Shown here in pieces: positions 1-12,327 of a stretch of DNA of 64,000 bases; positions within the stretch are counted from its first letter, which is position 1, and each line of letters starts with the position of its first letter. This DNA comes from Chrysomallon squamiferum. Its lineage: Eukaryota; Animalia; Mollusca. The notes under the pieces were generated by a model. The model ran no database searches and was not told the DNA's origin. It saw only the letters and a program-made list of their open reading frames with translations. Both the position numbers and the translations under genes were made by a program. The stretch covers positions 11,594,001 through 11,658,000 of the forward strand of contig CM022669.1 of assembly GCA_012295275.1 (NCBI GenBank). Direction: 5' to 3'.

Positions 1-119
1 TTATATTTTTTATCTTAGAAATAGATTTAAATATGATATTTGTAAACATTTTCTCATAAAGTTAATAATTAAACCTGATCAAAATGAACTGAATCTTTAT
101 TTGTCTAATCTTTGTGCAG

Positions 120-350
120 CAAATCTAAAGGAAGCAGAAGAAACCATTGAAAGGAAAACAGCACGTTTGGATGAACTGACAGAAAAACTTGAACATTTGG
201 ATGAGAAATTTACAGCACAGGCAACACAGCTGGAGGATGAGAAAATGAGATGTGAAGAAACAGAAAACGAGCTGACACAGATTAGAAGTGACAACAATGA
301 CTTGAGAATTCAACTAGGTAAATACATCAACTTGGAGACAGAGTTGAATG
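120..350 (+). CDS. Coiled-coil protein gene, internal exon A (gene begins upstream of the window)
   Basis: tgcAG acceptor ends at 119 and GTAATT donor starts at 351. 231 nt, phase 1-1. Encodes E/K/L-rich heptad-like ANLKEAEETIERKTARLDELTEKLEHL...LETELN. An in-phase alternative donor GTAAAT lies at 318. Confidence 0.8.
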
Positions 351-433
351 GTAATTGAATCAGTTACAGTTTTCATTTTCTGAATACTGATCACTGATTA
401 ACTGAAGAACTTGTTAAAACAGAAAAGATTGAT

Positions 434-547
<114 letters not shown>

Positions 548-717
548 AAAGTTAGTTTTGTCTCAGTGCACACAGTCAGTGTTTGTGAATGGAACTGCAG
601 TGTATATAAAAATCTGTGTTTGTCAATTTAATGTAGATGCCTGATTAAGTGGCGTTTTTTGTTTGTTTTTTGTTTCTGTAAGTTATGCACTGATGGTCTG
701 TTGCATTGCTATTGTAG

Positions 718-1008
718 AAGATCTGGGTGGACCTGGATCAGTTAAGAAACTGGTTGACATTGCACACAGATATCAATGTGATTTCAAAGAACTTGAACAG
801 AAATATGAATTACTAATGAAAGGCTTTAACCACCGAGGTGCGGAAATTGAACGGCTACAAGATGAAGAAATTCATCTTCATGAAAAGATAACACAGACTG
901 AGAATGAAAATGGGAGGTTGGAAGTGAAGAATGCAGAGCTTGAAAAATTCAAGAATCTCTGCCCTGACTTGGACAATCAGTTGAAGGAAACCAAAAACAA
1001 TATGGAAG
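718..1008 (+). CDS. Coiled-coil protein gene, exon B
   Basis: tgtAG acceptor (tandem TAGAAG, so the start may be 721) and GTTTAA donor at 1009. Phase 1-1. Encodes EDLGGPGSVKKLVDIAHRYQCDFKELEQKYELL...NQLKETKNNME. Confidence 0.8.
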
Positions 1009-1418
1009 GTTTAAACACATTTTAATGTTATTGGCTATTTTATGTCAAACATATTTTATGTCTCTGTGTCAGGTTTAACACACACACACACACACACACC
1101 CACAGACAGACAGACACACACATATCCTATATTAGCAAATGGATATAATTATATATATATGAATGCACACACACATACACTTTTTCACAGATAATTATAA
1201 CAAATACACATTATAATATATGGATCTGAGATAGAAAATCTACTGTTTGGTTGTTAATACAAGGACAATACATGCCACAATGGTTGACAAACTTAGTGTA
1301 GAATGGTAAATATATTAGAGGGTGTGCTGAGGATGATTAATCATACTTCAACCTATTGTCCTCAACAATCATCCCACCACCCAGTGTTTACATTTGTCAT
1401 TTTTATTTTCTTCTTCAG

Positions 1419-1502
1419 GAGATCTGATGGCAGCTAATAATGAAATCAAAGAAACAAAACAGATTCTGGAAAGGAAAGAAAATGAAATACAAACCATTAG
1501 AG
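1419..1502 (+). CDS. Coiled-coil protein gene, 84-nt exon C copy 1
   Basis: ttcttcttcAG acceptor and GTAAAA donor. Encodes GDLMAANNEIKETKQILERKENEIQTIR, in phase with its neighbours. Confidence 0.8.
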
Positions 1503-1523
1503 GTAAAATAATAAAATTAAAAA

Positions 1524-1568
<45 letters not shown>

Positions 1569-2271
1569 CAAAAATTTATAAATAAATAAATAAATACTTT
1601 CTTGATAATAATTAACTATCTTGTTCACTTCTTTAATAAATGTAAGGCTGCATATTTTTTGTGTTAACTTCATTGTGCTTTTTTCTAAAATACTTTTTCA
1701 GGCAAAACTGATTTAAGTGAATTGTGTTGAATAAAATACTTTTCAGTTTAAATAATACTTTTCAATTTAAATAATTAAATCTTTCAGGCAAGATGACATT
1801 TTTTATGTTGCAAATAGCTGTTATTCTCTTTAAGCTATCTGGTAAAATGTATCTATAAACTGACCACTATAATGACCACTATAATAGACCACTATAATGG
1901 GTAACATTCACATATATGCAGAATAGTGTGAAATATAACTCTATATGATATAATATTTTGTAGTATATATATATGTTCATATCCTACTAGTGTTTGTTAT
2001 TCTGACTAGCAAATAATGAGCTGGCTAGTAGTTTTAAATATTCAACAATCATTTGGTGAATAAGTAAGTGTCTTGGAAGAAGAGTTGACAAGTAATTGGT
2101 TAGGTTATTACATATTTAGAACATTAGTGTAAAATACATGTAAGATGTAACTGTTATATATCTAGAAAATATTTGGTATTTTAGAAAATCAGTGCATAAC
2201 GTAACAGGCAGATATAACCTTTATGTACATGCTGTGTTCTTTACATTTGTCATTTTTATTTTCTTCTTCAG

Positions 2272-2355
2272 GAGATCTGATGGCAGCTAATAATGAAATC
2301 AAAGAAACAAAACTGATTCTGGAAAGGAAAGAAAATGAAATACAAACCATTAGAG
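2272..2355 (+). CDS. Coiled-coil protein gene, 84-nt exon C copy 2
   Basis: Same splice sites as copy 1 with a single Q>L change (cag>ctg). Confidence 0.7.
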
Positions 2356-3052
2356 GTAAAATAATGACATTAAAATAATAATAATAATAATAGTAATAAA
2401 TAAATAAATACCTTCTTGATAATATTTAACTATCTTGTTCACTTCTTTAAAAAATGTAAGGCTGCATATTTTGTGTGTTAACTTTATTGTGCTTTTTAAA
2501 ATATTTTCTCAGGCAAAACTGATTTAAGTGAATAGTGTTGAATAAAATACTTTTCAGTTTAAATAATACTTTTCAATTTAAATAATTAAATCTTTCAGGT
2601 AAGATGACATTTTTTATGTTGCAAATAGCTGTTATTCTCTTTAAGCTATCTGGTAAAATGTATCTAATAACTGACACAATATATAGACCACTATAATGGG
2701 TAACAGAATAGTGTGAAATATAACTCTATATGATATAATATTTTGTAGTATATATATATGTTCATATCCTACTAGTGTTTGTTATTCTGACTAGCAAATA
2801 ATGAGCTGGCTAGTTTTAAATATTCAACAATCATTTGGTGAATAAGTAATGTCTAGGAGGAAGGGTTGACAGGTAATTGGTTAGGTTATTACATATTTAG
2901 AACATTAGTGTAAAATACATGTAAGATGTAACTGTTATATATCTAGAAAATATTTGGTATTTTAGAAAATCAGTGCATAACGTAACAGGCAGATATAACC
3001 TTTATGTACATGCTGTGTTCTTTACATTTGTCATTTTTATTTTCTTCTTCAG

Positions 3053-3136
3053 GAGATCTGATGGCAGCTAATAATGAAATCAAAGAAACAAAACTGATTC
3101 TGGAAAGGAAAGAAAATGAAATACAAACCATTAGAG
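3053..3136 (+). CDS. Coiled-coil protein gene, 84-nt exon C copy 3
   Basis: Identical to copy 2 with splice sites intact. Confidence 0.7.
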
Positions 3137-3160
3137 GTAAAATAATGACATTAAAATAAA

Positions 3161-3197
<37 letters not shown>

Positions 3198-3587
3198 GTA
3201 ATAATAATAATAATTAAAAATTTATAAATAAATAAATAAATACCTTCTTGATAATAATTAACTATCTTGTTCACTTCTTTAAAAAATGTAAGGCTGCATA
3301 TTTTGTGTGTTAACTTTATTGTGCTTTTTTTTTATATTTTCTCTGGCAAAACTGATTTAAGTGAATAGTGTTGAATAAAATACTTTTCAATTTAAATAAT
3401 TAAATCTTTCAGGCAAGATGACATTTTTTATGTTGCAATTAGCTGTTATTCTCTTTAAACTATCTGGTAAAATGTATCTATAAACTGACCACTATAATGA
3501 CCACTATAATAGACCACTATAATGGGTAACATTCACATATATGCAGAATAGTGTGAAATATAACTCTATATGATATAATATTTTGTA

Positions 3588-3629
<42 letters not shown>

Positions 3630-3769
3630 TACAAAATATTATATATATATATATATATATATATGAATAAAACTTTATAACCTTAACAAAAAAACAAATA
3701 AATAAATTATTACAAGATTTATCAGTAACTGATGTTAATTACTCTTAACATTATTTAATTATTTTTAAG

Positions 3770-3841
3770 CTGACCTGACCAATACTCAGCATTTTTGCAG
3801 TCAGTTACAGATGACACAGAACACTTTGGTCCAGAACTTAG
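3770..3841 (+). CDS. Coiled-coil protein gene, exon D
   Basis: tttttaAG acceptor and GTGAGA donor. 72 nt, phase 1-1. Encodes ADLTNTQHFCSQLQMTQNTLVQNL. Confidence 0.7.
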
Positions 3842-4282
3842 GTGAGAAAAATACAGAGAGGAAAACTGTATAATTATGTATCTTATTCAGATTTTCCTAC
3901 TGCTTTTAGGAGAAATAGTTTTAGGGGTGAGTTCATCACCTTTTATAACAGACATAGTTAAAAAACCATGAAGAAAATCTGAGTGAAAAGCTGTTGGTGT
4001 ATTTTTTTTTTTATCAGCAGAAAGTGATCTTTTTAGCAACCTACTTGGTGACTTGGTAAATAGGAAAGTATATACTAGAGCAGAAATATGAACTGGTTAA
4101 ATGAGGAAGTATCCCATGGATATGCTGAGGACAAAACCTGTAACTTATCACACCTTAATTCCTCGTTTTAATCAGTTAAAAATAAATCCTAGTTATCAAA
4201 ATTTCAGGAATGCAGAAAAGTGTTTTTGATTGTTGATGTTTTCTTTTTATCCATGTCAGAAGTTCAGTTTTACTTATGACAG

Positions 4283-4441
4283 GTCAACAACAAACCAGTG
4301 AAAGAGAAATGAGAAGAATTTATGAGACACGTGAAATGGAAATGAGAAATATTAAGAACAGACTGGAACATGAAAAGAGGAGGACTGAAAACTGTCAACT
4401 TCACATGTTAGACCTAACAAATCTAAACAAAAGGCTAGAAG
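4283..4441 (+). CDS. Coiled-coil protein gene, exon E (alternative in-phase start 4268)
   Basis: tgacAG acceptor and a weak GTTCAA donor. Encodes GQQQTSEREMRRIYETREMEMRNIKNRLEHEKRR...LNKRLE. Confidence 0.7.
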
Positions 4442-4756
4442 GTTCAAATTTGAAATTTGTATTGTAAAACCCAAAGTTAATGTTGCTTCTTTTCGCTGTA
4501 ATGCATCAGTGACCATAATCAGTCAAAACGCAAATATGAGTATTGGATGGAATATACTCATTAATCTATTCTGCAAAATGAAAAACCCTTAAAGTCAAAA
4601 CATTTCAGTAACTCAATTGAGTTTTAAAATGAAATGGAAAAGAATATTAACAATTACAGACACTATAAAGAAATTTTCCCTTTATGTTTTAATTTTTCAT
4701 GTCATGTTTCATTTGTAAATGTTTAAATTACAAACCAATAAATAATACTAATACTG

Positions 4757-4820
<64 letters not shown>

Positions 4821-4885
4821 TAATTATGAATATTAATTGACACAAATTTGCTTTTTCAACTGATATAAATTAACATTCTTTGTAG

Positions 4886-4987
4886 ATGAGTTGAGGAGGG
4901 CCAATGAAATAATAGACTATAATTCTGAATTGCCAAATGGAAGAAGAAGTCGAAAAGATCTGATGTCTGAAATTATATCATTAAGAC
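4886..4987 (+). CDS. Coiled-coil protein gene, exon F
   Basis: ttctttgtAG acceptor and GTGAGT donor. 102 nt. Encodes DELRRANEIIDYNSELPNGRRSRKDLMSEIISLR. Confidence 0.8.
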
Positions 4988-5770
4988 GTGAGTATTAGTT
5001 AAACCACATAACAATATATCCTTTTCCATTAGAAATACCCTGTCAGTCTTTATTATTTTTATTAGCTATAAAAAGGACCACAAATTGTTTGAAAAGACCT
5101 TTTCTACATAGAGAATTCAAGATGGAGTAAACTTTAGCTGTACGTCATAGTAACTCTTCATTTCTCTATTCCTGTGTCCCATCATCACTTTTGCACCCAG
5201 TTAACAATGCTGGAGAACTTGGATATCAGGACAGCGTGTTGTACTTTCAGATTGGCTTATTGTATATTTAGGCTAGCATATTACACAGTTAGATTGCAGA
5301 GTGAAATTACACAGTGTTGGTTTTTTTTATTTTCTGACTTCTGTTACGATTTAAAAATGGTCAGACTCCAAAAAGTTATATCTCATCTGAAAAATGTGAC
5401 ATATTAGTATGATTCAGTATGAAATATAAAAATAACCCCAGTCCACAGCAGTATAAAACAAGCTATATGGACAATTTCATGAGTTATTTGAAAGAAAAAA
5501 AAATATAAATAAAATAAATAATTATGATTATGATGATGATGATAACATTATTAATAATCTTTACTAAAACAGTCATAGGTCCTGTACAAACAGAGATAGG
5601 TAACCCATTAAGCTGTGAATCAGTTACAACTGACATTTAGATTAATGAACAATCTTATTTTAACAAACACAAATTTATACAATAATTTTACATAAAGCTG
5701 GTGCTTTCTATAAAATGAAGGAAATAGGTCTAAGATTTTTATTTTATTATCTTTTCTGTATTATTTGCAG

Positions 5771-5812
5771 GAGAATGTAATGAGTTGAAAAAGGAAAACA
5801 CATCTCTGAGAA
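5771..5812 (+). CDS. Coiled-coil protein gene, exon G
   Basis: tttgcAG acceptor and GTAAGT donor. 42 nt. Encodes RECNELKKENTSLR. Confidence 0.8.
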
Positions 5813-6340
5813 GTAAGTTTTTGTTAACAACAGTAACATTCATTATCAGTTTCATAATTATATATATACTGAATTTGTTTTTCTTTATTTTAAATTTTGT
5901 TAATCAAGAAAAGATAATTTTTAAGTTTCATATTGATGTAAGTTATTTATCTTGGTTTAGTTTAGTTTTTCATTTAATTCGTAAATCTGAGATTAGTTTC
6001 ATTATCATTTAGGTTAGTTTTAGATTCATGATAGTTTTATAACTAGCACGGTGATATAGGTTCAGGTTTAGATTAACCAAATACCAATGCTATCATATCT
6101 TCATTTAATTGTAATGTAGAATAATTTCACCAAAGTTTAATCAGTTTGGTTTTGTGTTAATTTCACTCTGATTTAATTTCAGGATCAGAATTTAACTAAC
6201 AGGGCCAATATTATTTAGTTTTAATATTAAAATTAGGGTCAGATTATGTATGGGTTAAATATTATGTCTATTTTATAGTTAGGGCTGTGTCGAAACAAGT
6301 AGTCCCTGTATCTACATTTAGATGCAAGAATGGTTATATA

Positions 6341-6374
<34 letters not shown>

Positions 6375-6381
6375 TGATTTG

Positions 6382-6450
<69 letters not shown>

Positions 6451-6517
6451 TGGGTGTTTTGTGGGTTTTTCAAAAATTATTATTATTTTTAAATCTGATT
6501 TGCTTTATTTTTTTTAG

Positions 6518-6591
6518 AACATCTCCACAGTTCCTTTGATGAGAGTATCACAGAGAAGGACTTTGGATGTCATAATTTAGACCTTAACTGA
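6518..6591 (+). CDS. Coiled-coil protein gene, terminal coding exon
   Basis: ttttttttAG acceptor. Encodes KHLHSSFDESITEKDFGCHNLDLN, then TGA at 6589-6591. AATAAA motifs follow (e.g. 7151-7156). Confidence 0.65.
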
Positions 6592-9500
6592 ACATTCAAA
6601 ATAACTCCTCATACTATTTTCAGATTGACATATCATTTTGTGCAACAATTAACATAATATCTATCAGGACACACTATATTTAGACTTATTTTTACATTAT
6701 AATATTGTATACCTGCTAGAAGTATTTGTGTCATTATAAATTAACTAATGACTGTTCCAAATGATTGTAAAAGGTAAAGGATGCAATTTTCAGATTTAAA
6801 TATCTTTATTCAAAATATGTTATCAAAATATGTTACCAAAATTGTGATGACATAAAATATCATTTTTTTGATGGTATTCAAGTAGCAAAACATCTCTATT
6901 CTTTTTAGGTATGTATAGTGGACTTTGGTCATGCAAATGTTGCTAATACTTTGTCTTTTAACAGAAAGTGAAAGCAATATGCATCTAAAGGTTAACTGTT
7001 TTTCCAATAAAAATGATGACATAAAGGAGACTAGATAGTTCCTGAAGATAAATCTGAGCCTTGCATTTTGTTAAGTTAGCAGGCTATGCAACATGATATC
7101 ACACTTTAAAGCTTACCTTCTGTAGGATTGTCTAAAAAAAAATTGAATTAAATAAAAATCACATGTAATGTCAAGCTTTCCTTAAATGATATCCCATTGA
7201 TTTTCTTTGACATATAACAGGTCTTAAGCTATTCAGTTGCAATGAAACACAGTTGAAAATACATAACAATCAAAGCTTTTCTCTCAAATGATGAATATTA
7301 TTATATATGAATTAAAATATTGCACATTCCTGAATATTTACTACATAGCATGTGTTTGAAATTTTTCCATAATAACTTATTCCTGAGGATCTGATATACT
7401 GCATGTTCTGCATGTAAACATATTCATAAATTTTCAGCATTTCTTCTCAAAGTATTTTAATACAAAATCCTTACAACTGAAAAATAACTTGGAGCAAAAA
7501 ATTAACAAAATTTAATATATAAATAAATAAAAATAAATGTAAATGACACTATATATTGGGACTGCATTAATGAGAAATGCTGGTATGAAATATATATACT
7601 TTGTTAAACAGGTATAAAGAACCTCTCTTATAATCACAATTTATTTTTTTGGCAATTTTTACACTGCTTTTATTAAAACAATTTATTGTAATTTTTTATT
7701 TACTGTGCTTCAAACTTCTTTTAATGAACTCTGCTGGCAATTTGTATAACAATTTTTGTTATACTTTACAATATATAATTATGTAATATATTTTAAAATA
7801 CTTTGAACATAGTTTCTGTGGTAAAATCATTTGCTAGGATATGTATTATTAGAAATGTTTGTTTTTTTCTATTTTATAATGTATATTATTGGTTGGCAAC
7901 TGTTATGAAGGGGACTTCACTAACAAAACTCGCATTTATTTTAGTTCACTTACATGTTTATCCATTACATAATTAATTATTATACATATTAATGTTTACA
8001 AATTTTATGATTTAGTGCATTTCTCAGTGAAAATAACAATATTTTACTGTTAATTAGAAGTGTGTTTTTATGTTGGGTTTATTGGGTTTACACTGAATGT
8101 TACCATTCTTACAAAGAAAAATAGTAATAAAAATACTTGTAATGTTATTCAGTTAAGTCCAAGAACTTTATTTGTTGACAATAATGTCTGGCGATTTGAG
8201 GCTTCATTTATACATCCACTATATCATGTGGGAGATCAGTATGATGCAGGTATGTCTTGCAGCCATGCATATTGCATGAGAGGAGTAACTTGTGTAAACC
8301 AGTGAACACTAAACTAGTGTTGTTAACCGGTTCAGCAAACTGTTGAAAGAGTTCCTGCGAACTAGTGTAAACCAGCTGAATCTCAGCACTGCATTGCTGC
8401 CAATTTAAAAATAATTAAGAGAACTAACGTGTAGTTGCTTCTTTCTTCTGTATGTCAATTTGCATGCTGTAAGCCATGTTATTGTAAATCAGAAAAGTGT
8501 TTTTTAAAATGATTCTGTAAATTACATTTTTGTGAGCGGTTAATGTAAGTAAAGTAACAAACCTAAATAATTATATATTTGTGTTTGGTATAAATGTAAG
8601 TAAAATAATTTATCTCTTAAATTCTGCTTCAGCAGTCTTCCTTTTGTGCCATGGTTTCCTATCAAGTCATTTTGAACTGAGCCATCTGTGTTATTGAATG
8701 TGGTCAAAATATCTCAGTAATCTTCTAAAACAAATATTTCATGCTTCATTATTAATCACTGGTGGCATCTTTGCAGTACATGTGAGAGAGAGGAATGTCT
8801 GTGCATGTGCGTGTGTGTGTGTGTGTTATGTACACAAAAACGACAATTAAAATACCTCCGTAGAAAAAGAAAATGTGGATGGTTCTGATTTATAGAAATG
8901 TTGATTAACAATATGCCCAAATTATTAATTAGCAACAGAAACTGTGTTGCTTAACAGGTTTTTTGTAAAGACCTTCAGTTCCTAATCTATATTTTTGTAA
9001 TTAAAACATCTGGGAATTGCCACTTATTTCAGATAAAACAAGATTCTAAATTTTAAAAGTTTTCCTTTTTTTCCTTTGATTTTTCACATTGTACTTTGGT
9101 TGATACTTTGTTTTGCAATCTAATTTGGGGATATAATCATAAGGAATAAAATTTGGGCCTAAAACCTAAAACTGATTTTAAAGCACTTCTTAATAACAGC
9201 AGAATCGACACAGTTATTATTATACACTTCAGCAGAATTTGTCAGCCCAAGGTGACAAAACTCTCAAGAACTGACTGAAAGTTCTTCATGTAAACTACTA
9301 GTTTCAGTGAGAATGAAATGAATGTAATTCTCCAATTTTACTTTTCTGCTGAAAACAGATAATACTCAATTCTGTATCTGTAGAAAAAAAAAAAAAAAGT
9401 GTTCAAAATTCACAGAAATGTCTTTTTCTAATAATTTTTTATCACCAACTTTTGACAAACACTCTTGAAAACATCAACTGAAAATAACTGACCCACGACA

Positions 9501-9606
9501 AGGAAGTGCAACAAAGATGAAAATACGTATCAGCAGCCAATAGTAATAAAAACATCAGTAAAACGTTCTTTCACATCTTAAATTTTAAAAGACATATCAC
9601 AACATA

Positions 9607-9662
<56 letters not shown>

Positions 9663-10164
9663 ATACATATATATATATATTTTTTGACAATATCTTATCT
9701 CTTTTCATGTTTAACTAACTAAATGTCATAGCACTTTTTTAAGTAAAATAAAAACTCCTGTTTTAATAACAATTTTAACTACTTAAACATTTAACAAAGT
9801 GTTTAACACTGTCTGAAATGAAATACAGATAGAGATTATATTTCTGACAGTACGGGAATCCAAGCATTAAGAATATTAACGTTTTGAAGCGTTTTATATT
9901 CATGTCAAAACGGGTGTATATCCATTAGAGTTATCGTTACTGATGATATTACATCAAAATAATAAATGAGTTCTGAAAAAGCAGAAATATGACGAAGATA
10001 TAAAAAATTTAGTATTTTATTATTTTCTTTCCTTTTTCTTAAAAGTAATGAAACGGTTAATTAAAGGAAAGCTTTATTTTGAATTATCCTTAGACATATA
10101 ATATATTACGTTTATTCTTTTATTTATTTGTTTTGTTTTATTTAAAAAATTTTTTTTTTACAAA

Positions 10165-10284
10165 AATACGCGCTCAGTTTTCTTTTTGTGTCGCCAGTGG
10201 TGACGTCACATAGAAACGCGTGCCATCTTTTGATTGTCACTCGAAAATGAACTATTTTCAAGTTCAGTTATTTTACCTGTAAGT
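10165..10284 (+). promoter_or_regulatory. Promoter-like CpG-retaining island with putative first exon
   Basis: Full CRE palindrome TGACGTCA at 10201-10208, YY1-like GCCATCTT at 10222-10229, aaaATG at 10247 and consensus donor GTAAGT at 10279. CpG is locally enriched over ~9850-10500. Confidence 0.45.
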
Positions 10285-10629
10285 ATAAAATCATATAATA
10301 TGAACTTCGAATTATCTTTACTAAAGAGCACATTTTTCATATAGGCTACCTAAAAAATATACTTTGTTAATTAAGTATCATCTACTCTAGTTACAAAGCA
10401 GTATAGATACGTAACTGAAGTGAATAATAACGTCATATGCGGTATCTTTAACATATCAGTTCGTGAACCTTCTAGAGTAATTTACGTTAACTATTTACAA
10501 ATTACAATTCAGAAATTCTGTCATACAAAATTTCAAAATATCATTACTGTAAAATATTATCTCAAGATGATTTACATATCAATTGTACCTAGTAAGAAGT
10601 CCGAAACTCTCTGTGACCTTGCAGACAAT

Positions 10630-10671
<42 letters not shown>

Positions 10672-11630
10672 ATTCTGTTGCTGGATCAAATTATTATGCC
10701 ACAATGTTTCCTGCAAGGAATTCAGCATAATTTTGTGTTCTCAGTTTAATTCTATAAATAAAAGATTGAAAAAGGAAATAATTTTATAACTTACCAACAT
10801 TAGACATGGCAACCATTTTGTCTCAGCTGTCATAATGAGGTAATATCATTTTTTTTTTATTTTTATTTTTTTTAACAAAACATTATATTAGTTTTAATGA
10901 CTTCAACTAATATTAATGATTTTCTTTTATCTTCTCCTAATCTTTAATATTTTATTTCATGCAAATCCTAAACAGGTGAGGAACAGGAAATTTCAACTTC
11001 CTTGATTAATTGCTTCCTTCATGTGAATACAGCTCTGATAATATAAGTATTTAATGATATCACTTCTGATTTATTCATGTCGTTATCAGTTGTCTTCTAT
11101 TATTATTTTTTTATATAATCTAAGATCTAAAAATGTGCTTTTTGCTTTCACTATTATTTTTTCAACAAGACAAAATATAATATATTTACACACAGTCTCC
11201 TTAGTTAACATGTCTAAGCAATCAGTGATTTCATGCCTCTTAATTTTCAAACCAGAAGGATGTTCTTTATAATTATTTCTATTGGTGAGTACACATTTAT
11301 GATATAATATATTTCTCCTGTTAAAATGCTGAATTCTACACATTAATTTATTTCCATTTTAGCATCTGTTTGTTATTAATATACATTCAATCTATTATTT
11401 TTGGAATAAAATATTATGCTTGACTTCTTTTTTTTTTTTTTTAGCACTGTTTACCTATGCCTTCTATTTATTGTCTTTGTACATTATAGTTTTTCAAATA
11501 TTGTTTTTCAAAATCTCTCTTTTCTATTTTATAATAATGATTTTTATATTAAATTTTAAGTACTCTTGCATAATTCACATGTTTCTTATAAATGCTGAAC
11601 TTGACATGATCATCTGCTGACCTACTGAAG

Positions 11631-12327
11631 TGTTGTAATTAATCTAAATTTACTTCACAGAAAGCTGGTTTATTCTTACATTTCACTAACTGCAGATACC
11701 AATAGTATGTCAACATAATTATCATTCATGCTCCAAATTTAAAGTTTCAGATAAAGAATTTAGATTTCACTTTTACATAAACTGCTCTGTAAGACAATAA
11801 AATATGTGTTTGTTATCAATATTGAAATCTATATAATCATCTGGTAATTTACATTCCATTCAGTTCCTGTTTTCTTTCTTTTTCAGTATACACCTGTACT
11901 CATATCTAACTGAAAGGTCATACCTAATCTTTTGTAATTAAAACCAATAACATATTTCTGTTTTAAGATGTGTTTTTATTGATACACATTGTATATATTA
12001 TTTATGGAATAAAATATCTTCCTCCTTATTCTTGACTTTTTATTTCTACACTTTTGATGAAATAAAATATTTTACCTCTTTACCTGTGGCTTCTGTTTAT
12101 TGTCTTGTGTTTTGTGTGTTTTATCTTTTTTTTTTTTTTTTAATTTGTGTTTTTCTCATTTTTAATTTTCCATTGTGAAGACTCTCCACATATTACTTCT
12201 ATGGTGAGTACACTTATTATTATATTTTTGTTCATTCAGTTTTGAACTGTTGTAATTAATCTAAATTTCTTTCACAGAGAGATGGTTTATTCTTATATTT
12301 CACTAACTGCAGTTATCATTGGTATAG
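11631..12327 (+). repeat. Diverged ~80-nt direct repeat (11631-11710 and 12248-12327) carrying splice-like signals
   Basis: tgttgtaattaatctaaatt..ttcacag....ggtttattctta.atttcactaactgcag occurs twice. Confidence 0.85.

Larger units (their letters stand above)
1384..3600 (+). repeat. Tandem triplication of a ~0.8-kb exon+intron unit (third copy truncated)
   Basis: Near-identical sequence recurs with periods of 853 and 781 nt. The third copy stops in a (TA)n tract near 3590. Confidence 0.95.

Noticed and set aside
4260-4267. Acceptors at 4259 and 4262 for exon E
   Set aside because: In phase 1 they run into TGA within a few codons. Only starts at 4268 or 4283 keep the frame.
5174-5407. 77-aa ORF in the intron between exons F and G
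   Set aside because: No fitting splice sites were found, its composition is unlike the coiled-coil exons, and exons F and G already join in phase.
8240-8400. Short palindromes (catgcatattgcatg, actagt twice, aaccggtt) as a MITE or RNA gene
   Set aside because: The stems are short and no terminal inverted repeats or target-site duplication could be defined.
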